Positions 23,995-34,871 of a stretch of DNA of 64,000 nt are shown in pieces. Positions within the stretch are counted from its first letter, which is position 1. Each line of letters starts with the position of its first letter. The notes under the pieces were generated by a model. The model did not search any database, had not been told where the DNA came from, and worked only from the letters and a program-made list of their open reading frames with translations. The DNA lies in assembly GCA_002269645.1 (NCBI GenBank), contig NIVC01000924.1, forward strand, positions 62,001 to 126,000, given 5' to 3'. The position numbers and the translations under genes were made by a program. Origin of the DNA: Macrostomum lignano (lineage: Eukaryota).

Positions 23995-25928
23995 TCAGTA
24001 ATAATCCTCATCCTCATTCTGACCGCCGGCAGTGGCAGCGGCAGACTTGACCACCTCCTGGCTGCTGTACATCTCGGCCAGCTGGGCGGCCGTAGTCGCC
24101 TCCTCTGGCCGTTTGTCCTCGCGGCGGCGAACGAATCTGGGGAATCGGAGGCTGACGCCGCGGCGAGGGTCGGCCAGGCCGATGGCGGCCATGTAGGCGG
24201 GGCTGAGGCTCAGGTCGGCCGCCTTCACCTCCCAGACGATGGCCGGGTCGAACCAGACGTCGGCATTTGAAGCGCCGCCGCAGCGGACGTAGGGCTTCGG
24301 CGCGGCGACCCGGTGCTCGGCCAGGTCGCGGGTGAACGCGTCCAGATCTTCGTCGGAGAAGCCGGTGCCGATTTTGCAGACGGTCTGGTATTCTTCGTCG
24401 TCGGGATTGTAGCAGGCCAACAGGAAGCCCCAAGCTTGCCGGCCCGCTTCCCGGTGCCATGGTAACCACCGACAACCACGAGGTCGAGCGTGTCGCCAAC
24501 ACCGTCGACGTAGTCTTTTTTGAGCTTCAGCCAGCTGTGCGACCTGCGCGCGTTAAATTAATTGATTGATTTGCTTATTAGACTACTTATTAGATAAAGT
24601 TCGCGTGAGTAGGATGAAGAGCTTTGTGTCTAGGAATATTACTGCCAGTATGCGTGATAGGAAAAGCAGTTTAAAATCTGATACAAGCGTAAGAAGTGGA
24701 CACGGTAGATAGATGAGCTCGTAGTAGATCAGGTAAATAAGATAGATGTACATACATATGCTGACACTCATTTTTAGTATATTGGAAGTAGACAAGTTAT
24801 ACAGGTGACAAGTAGACAAGGTAGACAGATGAGAAGTAGACAAGGTAGATAGGTAAAATCAGATAGACAGGTGACAAGGTAGACAGGTGACACGGTAGAC
24901 AAGGTAGACAGGTGACACGGTAGACAAGGTAGACAGGTGACACGGTAGACAGGTGACACGGTAGACAGGGTAGACAGGTGACATGGTAGACAAGGTAGAC
25001 AGGTGACATGGTAGACAAGGTAGACAGGTGACATGGTAGACAAGGTAGACAGGTGACATGGTAGACAAGGTAGACAGGTGACATGGTAGACAAGGTAGAC
25101 AGGTGACATGGTAGACAAGGTAGACAGGTGACATGGTAGACAAGGTAGACAGGTGACACGGTAGACAGGCAATCCAGTGTTAAGTGTCTTGCTTAAGGGC
25201 ACAAATGGTTCCAAGTGGGTCGCGAATCGAACCTCCGACCTTTCAGTCGTAAGTCCGACGCTCTAACCACTAGGCTACAACCCCCAGGTAGTAGACCAGG
25301 TAGACAGGTGAGAAATAGACAAGGTAGACACATGATACTGTGCGCGCACCTCTTAGCAATCTCGTAGGTAGCCTCAGTGTCCAAGGCTTTAAGCATGAGT
25401 CCTTCGCAGTTTCCTCGAATAGCTTCATCCAGGAAGACCTGAATCTCCTCGGTGTCGGAGCAGTCCTGCCATTTGGCCAGGGCGAAGTGGCCCGCCTGCT
25501 CTGTCTCGGCAAAGTTGAACCCATCGCGCAGAACTTGGCGTCGCTGCCTTAATGATTTCTCAACCAGCGACTCGCCGTTGTAGTACAGAATGTCGAACAC
25601 AAACACGCACACCTGGACTTTGATTGAGCCCGCGTCAGCGTCTTTTCGCTTCCGGGTTGTTAGCACCTGGGGGGGGGTGCAGAAGGTGGAGTTTCTAAAG
25701 TCAAAAAAGGTATTAGCTAGTATGTAGCGCCACGAAAGTCAGGGTCACTGTGCACCCTGTGAGAGTGTGCGATTGCGTGCCTGCGTGCTGTATTGGCTGT
25801 CTGTCTGTCTGTCAGTCTGTCTGTCTGTGTGTCTGTGTGTCTGTCTGTCTATCTGTCTGTCATCTATCTGTCTGTCTGCCTGCCTGCCTGCCTATCTGTC
25901 TCTGTCTGTCTGTCTGTCTGCCTGCCTA

Positions 25929-25979
<51 letters not shown>

Positions 25980-28900
25980 GCCTATCCGTCTTTCTGTCTG
26001 TCTGTCTGTCCAGCTCACCTGGAAAGGCAGTATCTGTCGCTTCTCCGTATCGAAGGCCACAGCTTCAGCATCCAATATGAAGTCAACCGGCTCACGGCCA
26101 GCCAGCAGGTCGGGCACCCTGGCGGCGATGTCCGGGTACTTGCTGGTGTTGTTCTCCTGATTGCGCGAGTACACCCGAACGGAGCCGTCTGACAGACGGT
26201 GAATCTGAGCGCGCTCGCCGTCGTATTTGAACTCGCAGGTGAAGGCGCCGACGCTTTCGAATCGTTTGAGCACCTCTGCGACGCCGCGGGTTGGATGGGC
26301 CAGCATGGGCTTGAGGGGCAGGCCGACTTGAAGCTGACAGCGAGACAGAAGGCCGGACAAGTCGCCGGAGCTGCAGGGGGTCGAGTATGGAGTTCGAGCA
26401 TTGTTATTGATCGAAACAAGATCAAATTGGCAAATCAATTTCATCTTTTCTACGTTTTTTAACAATAAAAAATTGTTATGGAAAACCAGGTGGCTCTCGT
26501 AGCTTTGCCGATAGTAATAAACTTGTTTTCTGAGAACGCAATACGTTAAATTTTCAAGAATTATTTTAATTAATTAAAAATTCTTTTTCTAAGAAAACAC
26601 TTCCCATTTTCTAATAAACCTCTTCCTGTTTTCTAAGAATCCACTTCTCGTTTTCTAAGAATCCACTTCCTATTGTCTTATAAACCACTTCTCGTTTTCT
26701 AAGAATCCACTTCCCATTTTCTAATAAACCTCTTCCTGTTTTCTAAGAATCCACTTCCCGTTTTCTAAGAATCCACTTCCCGTTTTCTAAGAATCCACTT
26801 CCCGTTTTCTAAGAATCCACTTCCCGTTTTCTAAGAATCCACTTCCCGTTTTCTAATAAACCACTTTCCGTTTTCTAAGAATCCACTTTCCGTTTTCTAA
26901 TAAACCACTTTCCGTTTTCTAAGAATCCAATTACCGTTTTCTAAGAATCCACTTCCCGTTTTCTAATAAACCACTTTCCGTTTTCTAAGAATCCACTTCC
27001 CGTTTTTTAATAAACCACTTTCCGTTTTCTAAGAATCCACTTCCCGTTTTCTAATAAACCACTTCCCGTTTTCTAAGAATCCACTTTCCGTTTGCTAAGA
27101 AACCACTGTTGTACTTTTGTTTTCTAAGAAACGGTTTAATTGTTTTCCAAGATCTCATCCATTAGACCCTCCACAGAAACTTCTTAAACCAATAGTCCCG
27201 CTTTCTAAGAATTCTGTTTTAACGTCTAAGAATTCAAATGCCTTAAACAGGCTCACCAGTCTTCATCCCGAGTCTCCTCAAGCAGAGCGGCAACCAGCAA
27301 GTCATAATTGGGGCAGCGGCAGTAGGCGGTCCGCACTAGCAGAGCCGCTTCGTCTTGGCGTCGTTTCCAAGAATCCGCAGATTGTCCACGCGAAGCGTCC
27401 GGAGTTTTCAAATTCGGCGACCGGACAAAAGCATGGCCGAGAGCGGACAGGACGGAGAGCTCGGCCAGGCCGATTCTGAGACGACCGGACAAAGATCGGA
27501 TGAGGTATTTGGCTTCGCACTGGCGACAGGAGACTAGCAGGGATTGAATTTTTGACACCTGCGGGTTTTGTAAGAAACTTTGATGTGACAATTAACCACC
27601 ACAAATAGTCAACTCTATTACTAGCTGTGAGCCTACATTAGATACCACAGATGAGTAATTAGCTACCAAAGATACCACAGCTGAGTAATTAGCTACCAAA
27701 GATACCACAGCTGAGTAATTAGCTACCAAAGATACCACAGGTAGATAATTAGCTACCATAGATACCACAGGTAGATAATTAGCTACCATAGATACCACAG
27801 CTGAGTAATTAGCTACCAAAGATACCACAGCTGAGTAATTAGCTACCAAAGATACCACAGCTGAGTAATTAGCTACCAAAGATACCACAGGTAGATAATT
27901 AGCTACCATAGATACCACAGCTGAGTAATTAGCTACCAAAGATACCACAGGTAGATAATTAGCTACCATAGATACCACAGGTAGATAATTAGCTACCATA
28001 GATACCACAGGTAGATAATTAGCTACCATAGATACCACAGGTAGATAATTAGCTACCATAGATACCACAGGTAGATAATTAGCTACCATAGATACCACAG
28101 CTGAGTAATTAGCTACCAAAGATATCACAGGTAGATAATTAGCTACGATGGATACCACAGGTAGATGATTAGCTACGATGGATACCACAGGTAGATACTC
28201 GTAATTAGCTACCATATAGATACCACAGGTAGATGATTAGCTACGATGGATACCACAAGTAGATAATTAGCTATCAAAGTTACTGGTAGGTGTTAAGCAC
28301 CTTCTTCTGCTGCGCGGCATTCCCAGAGAGATCGGCCACCTCGCGTAGCCGCTGAAATACGCCGGCAACAGTCAGAGGTTTCGGCTGGCACATCACAGCT
28401 TGACGCGAACGTAGCGACTCGCTCACTGCGCCAAGATCGCCGACAACTTGAGCACGTTGGCGAATTTTATCTACAGTAGAGCCGGTGCTCAAAGCCATGG
28501 CTTTTATCAGCACGGAGTCACCGACGCCCAGTTCAACAGCCTCGTAAGCTGGCGCCAACTGATTCAAGCACAGATAGACGCACGGCAGCAAATCTTTAGG
28601 GCTGAGCAGACGAACTGAACGAAGAAAATTGCATAGCAACTCTAAGATTCTTAACCGGCCAGGCGTGGCCTCGATGGCTTCGAATGTTTTGGCCAGAGCC
28701 AAGTAGGGCACCGGCTGGCCGCTCGACCAGCTCGCATCCTCTATGGGATCGTAGCGAGCTTTGCCGGGATTATAACCCGATTCTTCCTTCGGCTGCTGCT
28801 CAGACGGCGCTTCAGCTGCTGTCTTCTTCTCCTGGTCCGATTTTTCAACCTCTTTTACTTCGGCGGCGATTTTGTTTGCCTGCTTCTTTTCCGGCTTACT

Positions 28901-29626
28901 TGTTGCAGATTTTTTCCTGGCTACTTTCGATTTTGCGTCAGATTTCGGTTTTGTGTCAGAGTTCGGTTTTGTGTCAGAGTTCGGTTTTGTGTCAGATTTC
29001 GGTTTTGTGTCAGATTTCGACGGTTTCGGTTTCAATTTAGATTTGCTTTTATCGGAAGCAGATTCGGAAGCGGCAGATTCGGAAGATGACGAGGAGGAAA
29101 TCATTCGGCGACGCTTGGCAGGCGGAGATGGAGAATCCTGTTGTTGCTGAGGCGACGACAAAGACTCATCGTTGGATTCAGAATCAGAGGAACCGGACTC
29201 AGACTCAGCCTTCTTTCGCTTGTTCCGCTTGTCTTGTTTATCTGGCCTATCTAAAGACAATTTATTTTCTTTCTTAATTGTCGAAGTCTCCGCTTTCGAA
29301 GTCGGCGACTTCACCTTCGCGTCGGTAGTAGTCTTTGTTGGCGGTGTGGTCGATAAAGGGCGTCGAGTACTATCGGTGATAATAGTACTACTATCTGACT
29401 GTGCCGCAGAAGAGGCGGCAGTTTTCGAGAAGAAAGAAGTGATGGAACGTTGTTGCTGCTTCTGGCTTCCATTTTGCTGTTGCGGCATTGCGCAGGGCGA
29501 GTTTAAGATAGATAGTATTGACGTTGTTCGTACAAACAATGGGCTTGAGCAATGAAGGAAAACAGCCGACACACCTTTCTGACGTATTAAGGATGGCGCT
29601 AGTAACGTTAATAAACGAGGTAGCAT
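23995..29626 (-). CDS. LIG1: DNA ligase I; exons 29626-28301, 27558-27257, 26370-26019, 25666-25350, 24543-23995; 1-nt frameshift at 24428-24431; about 948 aa if corrected
   Basis: PIP box [28 protein letters not shown], adenylation motif [26 protein letters not shown] and OB-fold SLRFPRF. Exon lengths sum to one base short of a multiple of 3. Confidence 0.93.
24800..25165. repeat. 25-bp minisatellite (GTAGACAAGGTAGACAGGTGACATG) in LIG1 intron 4
   Basis: Period 25 (25021/25046). Confidence 0.95.
25168..25285 (-). mobile_element. tRNA-derived SINE fragment in LIG1 intron 4
   Basis: Minus strand GGGGGTTGTAGCCTAGTGGTTAGAGCGTCGGAC...GGTTCGATTC (A and B boxes), then a non-tRNA body GTGCCCTTAAGCAAGACACTTAAC resembling a widespread SINE central domain (recalled, not searched). 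Confidence 0.8.
25796..26010 (-). repeat. (GACA)n microsatellite (CTGT on +) in LIG1 intron 3
   Basis: Read directly. Confidence 0.97.
26575..27100. repeat. 22-bp minisatellite (TTTTCTAAGAATCCACTTCCCG) in LIG1 intron 2
   Basis: Period 22. Confidence 0.95.
27640..28275. repeat. 30-bp minisatellite (GATACCACAG[GTAGATA/CTGAGTA]ATTAGCTACCA[T/A]A) in LIG1 intron 1
   Basis: Period 30, two interspersed variants. Confidence 0.96.
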
Positions 29627-29759
29627 GAAATGTGCCGCGTTACGTTTAAGATTTTCATGATAATATAAAGCAATTACTTTACACCAATTACTTTACTTTA
29701 CACTTTTTCTCCCATTAACAATGTATTTTTACACCAAATGTGCACACATTCCAATATTT

Positions 29760-31042
29760 AAGACCAACTAGCTCTATACCAAACTAGACCAAACACATTC
29801 CAGAACCTATGACCAACTAACTGTACACATATTCTAGAATCTATGACCAACTACACACATTCCTGAATCTATGACCAACGAAATGTACACACATTCCTGA
29901 ATCTATGACCAGCTAACTGTACACACATTCCAGAATCTATGACCAACTAAATGTACACACATTCCAGAATCTATGACCAGCTAACTGTACACACAATCTT
30001 TAACCTATGACCAACTAGCTGTACACACATTCTAGAACCTATGACCAACTAACTGTACACATATTCTAGAATCTATGACCAACTACACACATTCCTGAAT
30101 CTATGACCAACGAAATGTACACACATTCCAGAATCTATGAACAGCTAACTGTACACACATTACAGAATCTATGACCAACTAAATGTACACACATTCCAGA
30201 ATCTATGACCAGCTAACTGTACACACATTCCAGAATCTATGACCAGCTAACTGTACACAACACATTCCAGAATCTATGACCAACTAGCTGTACACACATT
30301 CTAGAATCTATGACCAGCTAACTGTACACACATTCTAGAATCTATGACCAGCTAACTGTACACAACACATTCCAGAATCTATGACCAACTAGCTGTACAC
30401 ACATTCTAGAATCTATGACCAACTAGCTGTACACACATTCTAGAATCTATGACCAACTAGCTGTACACACATTCTAGAATCTATGACCAACTAGCTGTAC
30501 ACACATTCTAGAACCTATGACCAACTAACTGTACACACATTCTAGAACCTATGACCAACTAGCTGTACACACATTCTAGAACCTATGACCAACTAACTGT
30601 ACACACATTCTAGAACCTATGACCAACTAGCTGTACACACATTCTAGAATCTATGACCAACTAACTGTACACACATTCTAGAATCTATGACCAACTAACT
30701 GTACACACATTCTAGAACCTATGATCAACTAACTGTACACACATTCTAGAACCTATGACCAACTAGCTGTACACACATTCTAGAACCTATGACCAACTAA
30801 CTGTACACACATTCTAGAATCTATGACCAACTAACTGTACACACATTCTAGAACCTATGACCAACTAGCTGTACACACATTCTAGAACCTATGACCAACT
30901 AACTGTACACACATTCTAGAATCTATGACCAACTAACTGTACACACATTCTAGAACCTATGACCAACTAGCTGTACACACATTCTAGAACCTATGACCAA
31001 CTAACTGTACACACATTCTAGAACCTATGACCAACTAACTCT
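29760..31042. repeat. 34-bp minisatellite (CTATGACCAACTAACTGTACACACATTCTAGAAC) between RGS and LIG1
   Basis: Period 34 (30661/30695). Confidence 0.96.
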
Positions 31043-31614
31043 ACATCATAGGTAACAGAAAAACATGTAGACAAATATACGTGTACTTATTAAATTGTGA
31101 CATTTATTAAATGACTTCAAAGGAAGGGGTGCGCTGATCTATTTGCAGAAATCCGTGAATTCACAATTTTCAGGTATTTAAGCAAAGCAAACACAAGGCT
31201 AACATTAAAAATGACTTGGACCAATTGACTAAGAAGTTAGCTTCAAATAAATGAATATATAGATAATAAATATCAACACTTATAAGAAATACTAAACTGG
31301 ATGCATTCAGACTAGAAGATAATGTGGATTAGATATGCTTTAAATGATATAAAAAACTATATATCTAAATTTGCATTTATAAAACTTGCCCCGCAAAGCT
31401 CTGGGATTCGTTAGCGACTGATATAATAGGGAAGAGAAACAGGGGGTTAAAAATACTCGCAACTTGCAATGAGTAACTGTTTTGTGAAATAAAATCAACT
31501 CAGAATACACCGATGCTAAAGCGATGATGGTGATATTCAATAATCAGGAAAATATGCAGAAGACACTTTATGAACGCTTTTTACATTCAATCTGTTTAAA
31601 TATTAAGCGAAAAG

Positions 31615-32265
31615 TGGTTAATCCGCTAGATTTCCACACAGGTTAATCCGCTAGATTTCCACACAGGTTAATCCGGTTGATTGCCACACACGTTAATCTG
31701 CGGGATTTCCACAGTTTAATCCGCAGGATTTCCACAGGTTAATTCGCAGGATTTCCACAGGTTAATCCACTGGATTTCCACAGGTTATTCCGCTGGATTT
31801 CCACACAGGTTAATCCGGTTGATTGCCACACACGTTAATCTGCGGGATTTCCACAGTTTAATCCGCAGGACTTCCACAGGTTAATTCACAGGTTAATTCG
31901 CAGGATTTCCACACAGGTTAATCCGCAGGATTTCCACAGGTTATTCCGCAGGATTTCCTCAGGTTAATCTGAGGGATTTCCACACAGGTTAATCTGCAGG
32001 ATTTCCACACAGGTTAATCTGCAGGATTTCCACACAGGTTAATCCGCAGGATTTCCACACAGGTTAATCCGCAGGATTTCCTCAGGTTAATCTGAGGGAT
32101 TTCCACACAGGTTAATCTGCAGGATTTCCACAGGTTAATCTGCAGGATTTCCACACAGGTTAATCTGAGGGATTTCCACACAGGTTAATCTGCAGGATTT
32201 CCACAGGTTAATCCGCTGGATTTCCACAGGTTAATCCGCAGGATTTCCACACAGGTCAATCCACA
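31615..32265. repeat. 23-25-bp minisatellite (CAGGTTAATCCGCAGGATTTCCACA)
   Basis: Period 25 (32041/32066). Confidence 0.94.
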
Positions 32266-32844
32266 GAATTTACGCTTCGTTAATCCCCTCTCCCACAACG
32301 GATTTAACCCGACCCGAGCAAAATAATAATTAAATACAAAAATATTGCGACCTGTGTGTTTGTTTAGTTGTTTGTTGCAAAAACTGAAAAAAAGTAGAAA
32401 AAATCGACTAGATAAACAAGTATCAGGTGACTATTTAAACAAAATGTATACAAAATACAAAAGGCTGAAGGTTAGGCCATTATACAATGGCATGCTTCAA
32501 GCAAAATGAAACGAATTCAAATTAACAGAGTGCATGCAATTAGCTAACTAAACGATTAGGAAATCACTACATACTCTCAGAAGCATAATGATTTGCATAG
32601 ACCAAAACAGGGCATTGGGCGTCGGAGGGCATAATAAGTACATTGGATGTGTACTTAAAAGACTTTTATCACAATATGAAACGTTGTGACAGTTAATCTA
32701 GATTATCGCTGTAAAACTAACGACCAATATATCCATATTTAGTCCTAGATTTTAGTATATAGGATATAGTTTTAGTCTTTAGAGTTATGAAAAAGAAAGT
32801 GCTAACGACTCATTTAGAATACTTGCCCAGATTTGGAATCTTTG

Positions 32845-33685
32845 GGATCTGATTTGGAAGTGGGGATCTGAGACTTTTTGAGTTGGGGATATGGACTTCT
32901 TGAGCTGGGGATCTGGGACTTTTTGAGTTGGGGATTTGGGACTTCTCTTGAGTTGGGGATCTGGGACTTTTTGAGTTGGGGATTTGGGACACTTGAGTTG
33001 GGATCTGGACTTTTTGAGTCGGGGATTTGGACTTTTTGAGTTGGAAATCTGGGATTCTTTGAGTTGGGGATTTGGGATTATTTGAGTTGGAGATCTGGGA
33101 CTTTTTGAGTTGGGGATCTGGGATTCTTTGAATAGGGGATTAGGGACTTTTTGAGTTGGGGATCTGGACTTTTTAAGTTGGGGATCTGGACTTTTTGAGT
33201 TGGGGATCTGGACTTTTTGAGTTGGGGATCTGGACTTTTTGAGTTGGGGATCTGGGATTCTTTGAATAGGGGATCAGGGACTTTTTGAGTTGGGGATATG
33301 GACTTCTTGAGCTGGGGATCTGGACTTCTTGAGTTGACGATCTGGACTTCTTGAGTTGGGGATCTGGGACTTTTTAAGTTGGGGATCTGGGGCTGTTTGG
33401 GTTGGGGATCTGGGACTTTTTGAGTTGGGATCTGGGGCTGTTTGGGTTGGGAATCTGGGACTTTTTGAGTTGGGGATTTGGGACTTTTGAGTTGGGATCT
33501 GGACTTTTTGAGTTGGGGATCTGGACTTTTTGAGTTGGGGATCTGGACTTTTTGAGTTGGAAATCTGGGATTCTTAGAGTTGGGGATTTGGGATTATTTG
33601 AGTTGGAGATCTGGGACTTTTGAGTTGGGGATCTGGGATTCTAAGAATAGGGGATCAGGGACTTTTTGAGTTGGGGATCTGCGAC
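32845..33685. repeat. 22-24-bp minisatellite (GGGATCTGG[G]ACTTTTTGAGTTG) 3' of RGS
   Basis: Read directly. Confidence 0.94.
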
Positions 33686-33958
33686 TTGAGGTCATAGGAT
33701 TCTGATCCCATGGTATTTTTTACATTTCGAATCATAATCATAAGCTAAAAAGTAAAAAATTAGGAATTGGGATAAATAAATCCCATTTGACTATTCTTTA
33801 TTTTAATTTCTGCGAATTAAATTCTGTAGACTAACAAAATTATTACCTATATCTTTAAGCCAATACAGACGAAAATCATTTTGACTAAAAAATCAAAATA
33901 TAAAACAAATACAACTCAATCAAAAGCTACTTAAAGTAGTGCTCGAGTGCACTTTTGT

Positions 33959-34818
33959 TTAATTTGCGGCGTCGGTCCCTTCGGCCCCGGGAATTGTTAC
34001 GGCGTCGACAGTTCCAGCGTCCCTCGATCGTCTGGCGGCCGCAGCGGACGCCGTGTTGACGTTAACGGCGTTGGTCGCCGCGTCGCTACTTGACAATCGT
34101 TGCTGCTTTTTGCTGCTTAATTTTTTCTTACCACTTGCTAACAATTGCCGGTAGAAGTCTGAGCGCAGGAATCTGCCGTAGGAGTCGGACTTCATCAGCT
34201 GAAATATGTGCTCCTCGGCCGCTTCGAATGCGTAACGATCAGCTGAGGCGGCTGTAGCGCTGGACATCCGTTTTCGGACAGCTTCGGCCACCGGGCCGGC
34301 CACGTTGACCGGCTCCGTAGCGTCCGGTCCAAGGAAGGTGTCGTAGATCCGATTGACCTCCTTGTGTACCTGACTGGCCGGGGCGTGGCGCAACCGTTGG
34401 CAGGCCTCCCAGAAGGCCAAATTCTCGGCGCTAACCTCTTTTAGTAGCCATTTCTCGAATTCCTGCCGGCCAGCCGGGTCGCGCAGCAGCTCGTGAATGC
34501 TGAAGCCCCAGCGCTTCACCCGCCTAGCCGGGACGTCCCGGGTTCGACGCTCAGATTCCCAATAGTCGGCGCTGTCCGATACCCACGGATTCTGGCTCTG
34601 GTCGGGCAGGCCGCCGCCAATGAATGCGTCAAATTCGGCATACTGCTGATAGTAGCATATGGCGCTCTCGGCCGCTTTGGACACTTTCACGCGACTGAGA
34701 GGGGGCGGGCGTTTGGAATCGGTGCCGCGATTGCCTCATTTCTGGTATACGAACTGGGCCTCACTGTCTTAGTGTCTGTCTGTCTGTCTGTCTTAGTGTC
34801 TGTCTGTCTGTCTTAGTG

Positions 34819-34871
<53 letters not shown>

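Noticed and set aside
21919-25214. Cys/Val-rich and Ser/Leu-rich repeat ORFs
   Set aside because: Translations of the 14-, 28/21- and 25-bp arrays.
25210-25285. Functional tRNA gene (also 56905-56978)
   Set aside because: Acceptor and anticodon stems do not pair properly, there is no T-run terminator, and each continues into a SINE-like body.
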